Assembly (NCBI GenBank): GCA_964404695.1
Contig: CAYOKY010000001.1
Location: forward strand, 1-35,982
Length of the DNA stretch: 35,982 nt
Origin: Candidatus Micrarchaeota archaeon
GTDB lineage: Archaea; Micrarchaeota; Micrarchaeia; Anstonellales; JAGGVH01
Direction of reading: 5' to 3'
Part shown: positions 28,401-35,982 of the stretch, piece by piece
Layout of the letters: each line of letters starts with the position of its first letter
How positions within the stretch are numbered: position 1 is the stretch's first letter
Made by a program: the position numbers and the translations under genes
The notes under the pieces: generated by a model
Database searches by the model: none
The model's input: only the letters and a program-made list of their open reading frames with translations
What the model was told of the DNA's origin: nothing

Positions 28401-30637
28401 AGTTTGTAATCGTTGAGGGTGATGCGCACGTTGATATGTTGCCAATTTGTGGCAGTGAACTTATTGAAACCGATGTCATTACTATTGATGTAATCCCTGG
28501 CACTTTAATTGTTGACAATATTGGGTGGGATTATGAAATTGGTTACTTAACTGATTTCCCGATTACTGCAGAATTGTATACTGTTCCGATTAATGTTGAT
28601 ACAATTTTCTTTGATGAGAATGTTGAAGGCAACATTACATTAGGTGTAAGATGGTCTGAAAGTCACGGGTTTGACATGACTTGGTATGATTCATTCTGTA
28701 ATTATAATATTAATCACAAGCCAAACATAAATTTGACTTCACATGTAAATGGATCTAATATCTATGGTTCAACTGTCTTAGATTTTAATATTTTGGATTA
28801 TGACGGCATTGATTATGTTACATTTACATGGGACGGCATTTACGAGATTGTTGCTCCAGCACCTTATGATGTTCCTGTTGACTCAAGAATCATGGATGAA
28901 ATTGGTGAACATAACTTAACAGTTTATGTGGTTGACGCTAGTGGTCTTGCTAGAGAGAACAACAAATATTATGTATTTGATATTGTTCAGGGTCCAGGCA
29001 TAATTTGGTCTAATGAAGGCAATGCTACAATACTTATGGATGGCGATAACAATTTAGTAATTGCAGATGAAAATTTGGTTTTCAATATAACTTCAGATTA
29101 TGGCCTTGCAGTTTTAACATACCAGTTTGATAGTGGTCCAGTTAACAATTTATTGCCTTTGGAATCTGGTGAACATACAATTACTATCCCTGCAGATTAT
29201 GGTGAAACTAACATTACAATCTATGCTGGGGATGAGTACGGTTATAGTCACGAGGAAACTTATGATTTGATAATTGAACGTTATCCAAAAATTGTTTCAA
29301 CTAATCCTGCAAACGGTTTTTCAGTTGCTGGGTTGTATGACATAATCTTTGACATTGAGGACAATGATGATGTTATTGGTGAATATTACTGGAATGGTGA
29401 CGAAAGGTCAAGAGAAGTAATGTATGATGAATCTCCAGATTACTTTGTATCAACTTACAGGGCTCATCCTGACATGAATACATTGTACGTTGAGATTTGT
29501 GATGCAGATTATTACGATGTGCTTTGTATTGAACAAAACTATACTTTCATGGGCGAGCTTAATGCGCCTTGGTTTACTGTCAACACTACAAATGAATCGG
29601 TAATTGGTGTTGATGAAGTTATCAATGTTTCAAGCTATGATTCAGTTGGATTGGCATTCTTAAACTATACGTGCAACTTAACTGATTACTCTATCGCATT
29701 AAGTGGCAATGAATCAAATGACAGTTTAGAATGTTCATGGATTGAAGGCGAAAACATTGTTGACATTACTGTTGAAGACAGTGATGGTGTGACTGCAAGT
29801 GACACTTATGTGTTCTATTATGACAACGAGGCACCGCAGATTGTAATGGATTCACCCGTATATACTGATGGTATGACTATCTTGAATGGTGACTGGTTGA
29901 ACTTTAGCATAACTGATACCACAACTGTTACTGTAGTATACTGGTGGGATTTGGATTCAAATATTTCTTTAGCAGATCCTTATGACTTTACAGCACCTAA
30001 CAATCCTGGTGAACACACACTCCATGTTAATGCTAGTGACGGAAGCTTATGGAATCATAAAGAATATAACTTTGTCATAAACGGTTTGCCTAGTTTGCCT
30101 GGCAATATGACTGGTAGAGTTGTAGATACTGAAGGCGATGGTATAAATGCTTCAACTGTAATTTTAATCTATTCAAATGGTACTGTTGCAGGTACAAATA
30201 TGACCAATGATACTGGCTACTACCTATTCAATAGTTTTGATGCTGGGGCATATAGAGTTAATGCTTCAAAAGATGGCTATAAAGATAATTCAATGGCTTG
30301 GTTTATGATTGTTTCTGGTGAAGAAATGCCTGCTGATGATGATATTGAATTAGAACAATATGGTATAATTAAGGTGTATGTAAGGAATATTACTAATCCT
30401 TCAATTCCTATTGATGCAGATGGAGCAGTTGTTGAATTATGGGATTTTGATGCAGATCCTGCTATTAATAGTTCATTATATTTTTGTACTACGAATTCAA
30501 CTGGCAGATGTGAATTTGCTAACGTAGAAGCAGGTGGTTATAAAATTAATGCTTCACTTGGTACTTTAAATAGTACTTTCACTCCGTTTACTGTTGATAT
30601 CGGCGAAATAGAATCTCGTACTGTATTGATTAATTAG
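25412..30637 (+). CDS. Giant (1741 aa) extracellular Ig-like-repeat protein with N-terminal signal-anchor and two C-terminal carboxypeptidase-regulatory-like domains
   Basis: N-terminus LLPIFLIGVLVLGIGMLNLAVVP. A Big_2-like segment reads DIDLQPDHVDVLIGEEINFEVIGYDSFGN...VTVNCSGHSDVSTVNVT. At least 7 modules of about 95-100 aa end in G(E/D)H.(L/I).V.(A/V).D..G. The end reads GRVVDTEGDGINASTV...NDTGYYLFNSFDAGAYRVNASKDGY, which is CarboxypepD_reg-like. Confidence 0.85.
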   Translation: MIYKNVNLPNLLPIFLIGVLVLGIGMLNLAVVPMQPFNEKITAKADVGDTVSIHDYIKTSDDSEDDSDIDYSPQINKPVAVAINPHTLIKNDYSKYSYKPTDSVPKPVTSTGTVIKPQFSVDKDAYPVKVPAIVSPVDLNDTECSEEPEINVHIAPSYVQAGEDFYVYIYVHNSNPLDCEPIEYSYSLDLPSRWSYETESSSSNVIVSSGLTSTIIARVTPENISGNYDFDLIVEYDGEEYTDELTVTIDTRELSDIDLQPDHVDVLIGEEINFEVIGYDSFGNLINITSDICEWETTTGDIDNGVLTVNEFVNGEVTVNCSGHSDVSTVNVTGCLSYEPTITVNAPIIVPQLETFVINVTIYNNDNVLCGCTNYSIDTSHEWHSLIGDDHVTLEICPNETADLTLEFTAPLESGEYDYIINVSNVDDNSIYTDYSNTLVVSSSPELFLTASDNDVYSGEYVDLYYILQDYEGNMYEGDTVEWTVLNGTVDGDVYIPSEYSCNDTVTLNITKNGFEYIKQVNISVTKIDRVEIMPANTTVGAGSVIGYIYRLYSDLDEVIIPEDDWFAMFDSPAGRFSGSQLRAENLGEHYVHVMFCANDLRPLELRRAMPGSESMPICNGRIIDGYTNVIVSTGTIATLRIEPNTADVGPDGELFTAYGTNSMGVEVIFVADWTVADPYVVFTTPNSTINATALGFEGPTVLTADVGGVTADANINVDGLAPRIDYLNPTPEEGLIYANPITFNVSVDDANLVNVYFVVDGVEYDATVVSGYSSYSLDLTSGIHELIVYAVDSFGNRAELPAKVFAVIGDSLTTIVEDPVNESYITTTETVNFVIEDLNGLNEMNYYVDGILTTEPLMGNDYELNITLDTVGDHVIEITVLDELGISTTFVYIYHVELAPVIILDEPLDGRLLFDDTVGMVSDDIVFNVYDSDGDILGIPQYSFDNVTWYYFMGMTAPEFWQLQGSDLDPVSPGDVITIYVSAQDDDHHWTYESFEFVIVEGDAHVDMLPICGSELIETDVITIDVIPGTLIVDNIGWDYEIGYLTDFPITAELYTVPINVDTIFFDENVEGNITLGVRWSESHGFDMTWYDSFCNYNINHKPNINLTSHVNGSNIYGSTVLDFNILDYDGIDYVTFTWDGIYEIVAPAPYDVPVDSRIMDEIGEHNLTVYVVDASGLARENNKYYVFDIVQGPGIIWSNEGNATILMDGDNNLVIADENLVFNITSDYGLAVLTYQFDSGPVNNLLPLESGEHTITIPADYGETNITIYAGDEYGYSHEETYDLIIERYPKIVSTNPANGFSVAGLYDIIFDIEDNDDVIGEYYWNGDERSREVMYDESPDYFVSTYRAHPDMNTLYVEICDADYYDVLCIEQNYTFMGELNAPWFTVNTTNESVIGVDEVINVSSYDSVGLAFLNYTCNLTDYSIALSGNESNDSLECSWIEGENIVDITVEDSDGVTASDTYVFYYDNEAPQIVMDSPVYTDGMTILNGDWLNFSITDTTTVTVVYWWDLDSNISLADPYDFTAPNNPGEHTLHVNASDGSLWNHKEYNFVINGLPSLPGNMTGRVVDTEGDGINASTVILIYSNGTVAGTNMTNDTGYYLFNSFDAGAYRVNASKDGYKDNSMAWFMIVSGEEMPADDDIELEQYGIIKVYVRNITNPSIPIDADGAVVELWDFDADPAINSSLYFCTTNSTGRCEFANVEAGGYKINASLGTLNSTFTPFTVDIGEIESRTVLIN

Positions 30638-30646
30638 GTGATTAAT

Positions 30647-33010
30647 ATGAATATGAAAAATGTATTAATGTTTTTTGTTTCGTTGTTAGTATTCAGCGGA
30701 CTATTATTTTCTGGTTCATTTTTTGGTAAGGTCGTTGATGATGACGGAGCAGCTTTGGAAAATGTTCAAGTTAGTGCTATTAATGGCACTGTTCCTCCTT
30801 CAACTAATTATACTGATTCCTCTGGGGAATTTATTATTAATGATCTCGTTACATCTGACTATTTTTTTGAGTTTTATTATAATGTTGATTATCATACTTT
30901 TACAACGTCAACATTTACTTTAAATATTGCCGATAATATTAATTATACTATTCTTAATGCAGGACCTATAGTTTTAGATAAAAAAGATGAACCTTCTCCT
31001 GGTCCCAGTCCTTCTGGTGATGGTAAATTTTTTGGTAAAGTTCTTAATAAAAGTAATACAACCATTAATATTTCGGGGGCAGATTTATCATTATATAATG
31101 ATGATGGAGATTTAATTGCATCAAACACTTCTGACGTAGATGGAAATTATATTTTGAAGTTTAGTGATGATGATGATTATATCATTAGTGTTTCCGCAGA
31201 CAATTTTATGGGTGATACATTTAATTTTGATGATGTTATTGTTTCAGATAATAATGAGAATTTAGAACTTGAACCAGCAACATTAACCACTTATTCATTT
31301 ACTGGTGTTGTAGAAGAGTATGGTTCCAATATTCCTTTACAGTATGTTAATGTAGATTTAAGTTACCCTAATGGTACTGTAATGAGTGATACTACTAATG
31401 CAAACGGCGAATATTCCTTCCAAGTTGTTGCTGGCAATTATGGTTTAATTAAATTTACTTTGACTGGATATTTAAGTAAAGAAACAAACGTTGGTTACAT
31501 CGGTTTAAATGAAGTTTTCCAGGATATTCAACTTCATAGTTTGTCAATTGAATCAATATTAACAGGCACTGTTACTGATATTGACACTGGTAGTGTACTT
31601 GAAGAAGTTGCAATTACTAATTCATCTGGCGATGTTTTAGATACAACTGATGCAAGTGGGCAATATTCCTTTACAATTGATGAAGGTACATATGATATTA
31701 CTTATGCTTTGATTGGTTATGAATCGCAGACAATTGGGATCTTAATTGGATCTGGCACTAATGTTGAAAACGTTGTACTTGACTCTACTCCTTTTGGTCA
31801 GGTTCATGGTTATGTAACAGATGAAAACGGCGATGGTTTGGATGGTGCAGAAGTTTCAAGTTCAGGTTTTACAAACCTTACAAATGATTCTGGTTATTAC
31901 TTGTTAAATTTACCTAATGGTAGTCGTGATATTGCTGTTTCATTGAATGATTATGATAATGAAATGGAAAAGGTTAATATTGAAGAGGGTATAACTAAGG
32001 AACAAAACTTTACGTTGTCTGTTTCACATGATGATGATAATGATCGTTCATCTTCATCATCAAGAAGAACCAGTTCAACTTCAACAACAACCACTCCTTC
32101 TATTCCTTATACATCTACTACTACAACTGAACTTGACCAGGATGGGTTGCAGGTTGAACGTAAAATCGTTACAGTTAGGGATGAGGAAACTAAGGTTATT
32201 TTAACTATCACTAATTACGGTGATGATGTAGGCCCATTTGAGTTAAGGGAACATCCTCCAAGTTACATTGATGAAAATGATATTTCAGATTATTCTCTTG
32301 ATCCTTATGAAACTGTATCCAGTCCGTTGACTTTGGTATGGAGATTTGACGGTTTGAAAGAAAATGATAAAATTGTTTTTGCATATACTCTTGATAAAGT
32401 TTATAGTACGATGAAAGAGTCACATTTTGATGCAAGCATTTATGATATATCTGCAAGTGTACCTCAACCACAATTGAAAGAGGACAAAGTAATCGTGACT
32501 GCACCTACCAAAGGGTTTGTAGGGGATACGATTACTGTAATTATTACTGAAGAAGACGGTGAACTTTTGCCTAATCAGAATGTTTTAATTGTTTCACCTT
32601 ACCATAATACGTTTACCAAAACAACTAATGATGAAGGTAAAATATCTGTAACTTTGGAGATTGAAGGTGTTTACAGTTATTTGGTGCCTAACAAGGTTTT
32701 GACTGAAGATGCTACAACCGAAGCAGTTTCAAGAAGCCAGGTTCAAATAGTTGAATTGAATGAAACTAATATTACAACTACAGCTCCTAAGAATACAGAT
32801 TTCATTAGTAATTTCATGGCAACGTTGGGTGAACCGGGCATACTTTTGCCTGCAATTGGATTGATTTTCATAGGTATAGTATTGTTCCTTTTTGTCGGTG
32901 CGTATATTGGTTACTTGGCGTTTGCGCCTGAAAAAGAAGAACCTGAAGAAGAAGATAAAGATATGGGTGAAGAATCAATAGTGCTTGAAACAGGAGACCT
33001 TGAAAATTAA
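30647..33010 (+). CDS. Surface protein: signal peptide, 5 carboxypeptidase-regulatory-like domains, S/T-rich linker, beta-rich region, C-terminal TM anchor with acidic tail
   Basis: MNMKNVLMFFVSLLVFSGLLFSG, then G[KTY]V.D..G..L..V.V......T.[DT]..G.Y motifs x5, then DDDNDRSSSSSRRTSSTSTTTTPSIPYTSTTTTE, then PGILLPAIGLIFIGIVLFLFVGAYIGYLAF followed by EKEEPEEEDKD. The start is re-called to ATG 30647 because GTG 30638 lies in the SD AGGTGAT. Confidence 0.85.
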   Translation: MNMKNVLMFFVSLLVFSGLLFSGSFFGKVVDDDGAALENVQVSAINGTVPPSTNYTDSSGEFIINDLVTSDYFFEFYYNVDYHTFTTSTFTLNIADNINYTILNAGPIVLDKKDEPSPGPSPSGDGKFFGKVLNKSNTTINISGADLSLYNDDGDLIASNTSDVDGNYILKFSDDDDYIISVSADNFMGDTFNFDDVIVSDNNENLELEPATLTTYSFTGVVEEYGSNIPLQYVNVDLSYPNGTVMSDTTNANGEYSFQVVAGNYGLIKFTLTGYLSKETNVGYIGLNEVFQDIQLHSLSIESILTGTVTDIDTGSVLEEVAITNSSGDVLDTTDASGQYSFTIDEGTYDITYALIGYESQTIGILIGSGTNVENVVLDSTPFGQVHGYVTDENGDGLDGAEVSSSGFTNLTNDSGYYLLNLPNGSRDIAVSLNDYDNEMEKVNIEEGITKEQNFTLSVSHDDDNDRSSSSSRRTSSTSTTTTPSIPYTSTTTTELDQDGLQVERKIVTVRDEETKVILTITNYGDDVGPFELREHPPSYIDENDISDYSLDPYETVSSPLTLVWRFDGLKENDKIVFAYTLDKVYSTMKESHFDASIYDISASVPQPQLKEDKVIVTAPTKGFVGDTITVIITEEDGELLPNQNVLIVSPYHNTFTKTTNDEGKISVTLEIEGVYSYLVPNKVLTEDATTEAVSRSQVQIVELNETNITTTAPKNTDFISNFMATLGEPGILLPAIGLIFIGIVLFLFVGAYIGYLAFAPEKEEPEEEDKDMGEESIVLETGDLEN

Positions 33011-33540
33011 TTTAACCAGTCTACCTTTTCACTTTTAATTTTTTTAATATTTTTGTCATTTTCCCATTCTTTTATTATGTTCATTACCTTATTCTCAATG
33101 TCTTTTCGTGATTTTAGTTGTATAACCTTTTGATAATTTAATTCTGCATTGTATAAACAATAATCTATCATTTCTGCTTCAATGTTTTGGTTAATCTTCT
33201 TTTCCGGATAATCCCGTTTTGTTAACCGCTTTTTTAATGTTTTAGGATTGCATCTTAATACGATGGTTAAATCGATTTTTAGTTTCATGTCACAACCAAG
33301 GTGGCCGTCTACTATTACATTTTCCTTTGTATTCAGTATCTTATTGATTTCATTTTGCGTTTTTTTAATATTAACGATGTTTGCTCCAAACTCATCTTTT
33401 CCAGTAACATATTTATTTGCTATTTTATTAATTTCTATTATTTGATATTTAATTTTACTTTTTTCATATAACTTTTTTTGTAATGCATGGCTCATTGTAG
33501 TTTTGCCTGTGCCAGGTACTCCAGTTATTAATACTTTCAT
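33007..33540 (-). CDS. fap7: Fap7/AK6-type adenylate kinase-like NTPase (small-subunit ribosome maturation)
   Basis: MKVLITGVPGTGKTT P-loop at the N-terminus, VIVDGHLGC and LTIVLRCNPKTLKKRLTKRDYPEKKINQNIEAEMID match the Fap7 layout. I prefer ATG 33540 over 33582 because the extension would contain the TATA-like box. A 4-bp convergent overlap exists with the upstream gene end. Confidence 0.75.
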   Translation of the reverse strand: MKVLITGVPGTGKTTMSHALQKKLYEKSKIKYQIIEINKIANKYVTGKDEFGANIVNIKKTQNEINKILNTKENVIVDGHLGCDMKLKIDLTIVLRCNPKTLKKRLTKRDYPEKKINQNIEAEMIDYCLYNAELNYQKVIQLKSRKDIENKVMNIIKEWENDKNIKKIKSEKVDWLN

Positions 33541-33561
33541 ATTTTTTAGACGATAGAAATC

Positions 33562-33579
33562 ATTATAAAGCTTTAATAA
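33562..33579. promoter_or_regulatory. Near-palindromic TATA element ATTATAAAGCTTTAATAA shared by divergent genes
   Basis: The TTATAAAG half (33563-33570) is centred about 26 bp from both ATG 33540 (minus strand) and ATG 33592 (plus strand). Neither gene has an SD. Confidence 0.35.
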
Positions 33580-33591
33580 CATAATTTATTT

Positions 33592-34434
33592 ATGAGGAAT
33601 TTATTGTTATTCGTGGTTTTGGGAATTATGCTTTTAATCGTTGTGTCATATTCCGTAGATCAGATGACTTTACAACATTATGTTTATCATCACTTAGGGG
33701 ACAATCAGTATTATTCAATATCTGATGTGGATTGTAATGGTCAATATTATGTTGTATCTCTATCTGGTGAACCGCACATGATTTTAACTGTTGACAGTTA
33801 TGATCTGCCTGTTGTTGTCAAGGATAAACAAACATTACAAAAGGTTTTGGTTTGTTATTATAATTTAAACGTTCAGGATTCGTCAGCATATTTGAACAGT
33901 TCAATCCAGAACTATATGGCTTTCTATAACTCAACTGTGAACGAATATTATTCAGATAATTGTGTTAAGTTTCTTGGACTGCACAAGAATTGGTGTAACG
34001 ACGTTGAATCATGTCGTTATGTTTGTTTTCAAAAAGGTATAACTTGCCAGCCTGTTATGTTGGCTTTACGCTGGGATTTTTTGGATGCAATGGTTGATTA
34101 TGCAGACAACAGTTTAATTGTTAATTCTTCTAAGTTCGAGTATACTATCTCGGACTTCAATTCCGCAGAGGATTATAAGCAATATGTTGATAGTTTGGGT
34201 TTGCTTTGTTCAGTTAAGAATAATTATTTGAATAATCCTATAATAAACAGGTGGAGATTCTGTGGCATGCCTGAATATGATTGGGATAAGGTTGAACAGG
34301 CTTATGTTAACGGGTTGAAAGCGTATTATTCAGCTTATCCTGAACAATCTCTGGATAAGTTAAGTTCTGATATAATCTATAATACTGAACAAAGGGTACT
34401 TATGTTCAGGTCTAACAATTATTTTAAAAGGTAA
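33592..34434 (+). CDS. Cys-rich secreted or membrane-anchored hypothetical protein
   Basis: N-terminal hydrophobic helix LLLFVVLGIMLLIVVSY. About 10 Cys, including WCNDVESCRYVCFQKGITC. No recognisable family. Confidence 0.55.
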   Translation: MRNLLLFVVLGIMLLIVVSYSVDQMTLQHYVYHHLGDNQYYSISDVDCNGQYYVVSLSGEPHMILTVDSYDLPVVVKDKQTLQKVLVCYYNLNVQDSSAYLNSSIQNYMAFYNSTVNEYYSDNCVKFLGLHKNWCNDVESCRYVCFQKGITCQPVMLALRWDFLDAMVDYADNSLIVNSSKFEYTISDFNSAEDYKQYVDSLGLLCSVKNNYLNNPIINRWRFCGMPEYDWDKVEQAYVNGLKAYYSAYPEQSLDKLSSDIIYNTEQRVLMFRSNNYFKR

Positions 34435-34535
34435 AATTCAAGATTTTTTCAGTTACCAGATCAATTTTTTTTATCGTTACATATTTAATTGTTACTTTTA
34501 TATTAAATTTGAACAATTTGTTTGGGGAATAATAA

Positions 34536-35600
34536 ATGGGCATAATAATTGAAAATAACATAACCACCAGGAAAGGTTTTTTATCGTTTGTCTTAGTCAT
34601 GGTTTTAAGTTCGCTTATTGTTATCAGTTTATACGTTTACTCTCAGAGTTATACTCCTCAAAGTTATAGGCAGGCATTAATATCTGAGAAGATGTATTAC
34701 CAGACATTGGACGCCAAGCATGCGGTTGGCGGGTTTGCTGAGAACGGGATGTTTTTAGGTTCTGGAATATTTTTTATTAAGTTGGCTTTTCATTTCATTG
34801 AATGTTTTGATTTAGGTTGTGATATACTTATGGGGGTATCCTATGTTGGTACTGTAGTTACTGTGGGAGCTGGTTCTCCGATCTCTGCGTTTCTAACTAT
34901 TGTTTGTACCTCATTGGATGGTGTGAAAAATATTTTAGATATTGATACGGTTTGTGATGTGAGTGGAGATGATCTTAGTGGTGAGTTTATGGATATTGAA
35001 CCTGAAGATGACATTCGACGTTCTATAAGTCTATTATTGTTTCTTGATGAGGTTACCGTTGCAGCTGACCAAAATAATAATCAAAAAGTGTTTTATTATT
35101 GTACTGATAATGATCGGGATTTTGAAGATTGTTCTGAATCGCTTGTATCAAATTATAATCTCATTAAAGATAATTTTGATTTATCTAACGCATCTGACTT
35201 ATTTGATTTGGCTAAATGTAAATTTTTTATATTGGATGGGGATTTAGATCCAAGAAAATTAGACTGGACGTCAACTTGTGATGATAATATTAAAGTAGAC
35301 ATTGTTGGGAGCGGTTACTCTTCTGTTAAAAGAGGGTTATCTGATCGAGGTAATATGACCAGTGATAAGCTGGATCTTGATGTTAATGTAACTTTTGAAA
35401 ACTTTGGAGTTGCAATTTATGATATGGAAACACAATCTTTTGCAGTTGCTAAAATCCCTGAGAAACAAACATTTTCTTTTGTTGAACAGTTTGATGATGA
35501 TTATGTTAATGATCTTGGTTCAAGTGCATTCCAAATAAAAGATATATTTGAAACATACAGTGTTGATATAAATAAAACTATTGAAGGGATAATAAAATGA
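34536..35600 (+). CDS. Large pilin-like or pseudopilin-like protein (class III-type signal)
   Basis: MGIIIENNITTRKG|FLSFVLVMVLSSLIVISLYVY gives R-K-G-F followed by a hydrophobic helix. An acidic, Cys-containing globular part follows. The stop overlaps the next pilin-like gene start (ATGA). Confidence 0.55.
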   Translation: MGIIIENNITTRKGFLSFVLVMVLSSLIVISLYVYSQSYTPQSYRQALISEKMYYQTLDAKHAVGGFAENGMFLGSGIFFIKLAFHFIECFDLGCDILMGVSYVGTVVTVGAGSPISAFLTIVCTSLDGVKNILDIDTVCDVSGDDLSGEFMDIEPEDDIRRSISLLLFLDEVTVAADQNNNQKVFYYCTDNDRDFEDCSESLVSNYNLIKDNFDLSNASDLFDLAKCKFFILDGDLDPRKLDWTSTCDDNIKVDIVGSGYSSVKRGLSDRGNMTSDKLDLDVNVTFENFGVAIYDMETQSFAVAKIPEKQTFSFVEQFDDDYVNDLGSSAFQIKDIFETYSVDINKTIEGIIK

Positions 35601-35950
35601 AAGGACAATTATCTTTGGAAACATTATATGCTGTGTTCGTTGTCATGGCACTTATAATGTTAATTGTGTCAGTGTTTTCGTCATCATTAAATGATACATA
35701 TCAGGATGCAAATACTACGGGCAAGGTAACTTATTTATGGTATCAAAGTGTTGCACTTTCTGGAACTCCCAATTTTCATAAGGATTATACAAGTTTGTAT
35801 TATGGTGCCCAGAATTGTACTATTATTGTTAGTAATACTGTCAATGGTCCAGTTGTAAACAATGCAACTTACCAGGGTCAAAAGGTGCCTGTTGTTTACC
35901 CTAATAATGACTTTTTCAGAAGTTCCGGGCACTATCGCGAGGTTTGGTAA
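35597..35950 (+). CDS. Archaeal type IV pilin-like protein (class III signal peptide)
   Basis: MKGQLSLETLYAVFVVMALIMLIVSVF shows the same MKGQ.S.E pattern as 3523-3705. Confidence 0.65.
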   Translation: MKGQLSLETLYAVFVVMALIMLIVSVFSSSLNDTYQDANTTGKVTYLWYQSVALSGTPNFHKDYTSLYYGAQNCTIIVSNTVNGPVVNNATYQGQKVPVVYPNNDFFRSSGHYREVW

Positions 35951-35951
35951 T

Positions 35952-35982
35952 ATGGATGTAAGGAAAGCTAAAGGTTTCATTT
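35952..35982 (+). CDS. Start of a further pilin-like gene (partial, runs off right edge)
   Basis: ATG 35952 lies 1 nt after the previous stop. MDVRKAKGFI... has the R-K-A-K-G-F prepilin-type beginning. Only 10 codons are visible. Confidence 0.35.
   Translation, partial: MDVRKAKGFI

Noticed and set aside
18070-33010. Diversity-generating retroelement targeting the surface giants
   Set aside because: No reverse transcriptase ORF is present, and I could find no template/variable repeat pair with adenine-specific mismatches. The repeats present are simple tandem arrays.
32830-33010. PGF-CTERM/archaeosortase sorting signal on the 790-aa protein
   Set aside because: The sequence reads EPGILLP plus a TM helix, but it is followed by a ~35-aa acidic tail rather than a short basic tail, and there is no PGF tripeptide. 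I treat it as an ordinary C-terminal anchor.

Overview
AT-rich archaeal chromosomal segment, by eye roughly two-thirds A+T. I saw no rRNA, CRISPR array, transposase or integrase. The backbone is archaeal housekeeping: a long tRNA splicing endonuclease, dTMP kinase, a class I/II aminotransferase, proteasome beta, aCPSF1/FttA, archaeal-type ProRS, Kae1, a DUF359-type dephospho-CoA kinase, L40e (missed by the ORF track), a tRNA(CAU) with two introns, class I LysRS, TBP, the L21e-RpoF-DUF655...KsgA string and Fap7. Most genes carry a GGTGAT-type Shine-Dalgarno. Several GTG starts in the ORF track are the GTG inside that SD, so I re-called those starts. A few genes look leaderless, with a TATA box about 25 bp upstream of the ATG. 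Small genes, class I LysRS, an intron-rich tRNA and giant surface proteins suggest a DPANN-like ultrasmall archaeon; this is inference only. The accessory content is the interesting part. (1) A 1711-aa protein sits inside the conserved L21e-RpoF-DUF655-KsgA string; it has no signal peptide, MORN-variant-like N-terminal repeats, a long helical spacer, internal TM helices and a repeat-rich C-terminal half. (2) A three-gene surface module spans 24496-33010: a lipobox protein, a 1741-aa Ig-like repeat giant and a 790-aa protein with an array of carboxypeptidase-regulatory-like domains. (3) Two clusters of class III (type IV pilin-like) signal-peptide genes lie at 3143-3705 and 33592-35982. (4) Short private tandem repeats occupy nearly every intergenic spacer. 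These include 3' echo copies of the last codons plus stop codon of aCPSF1 and KsgA, each copy keeping an in-frame stop, and a triplicated start region at kae1. All functional calls come from motif recognition by eye; no searches were run.
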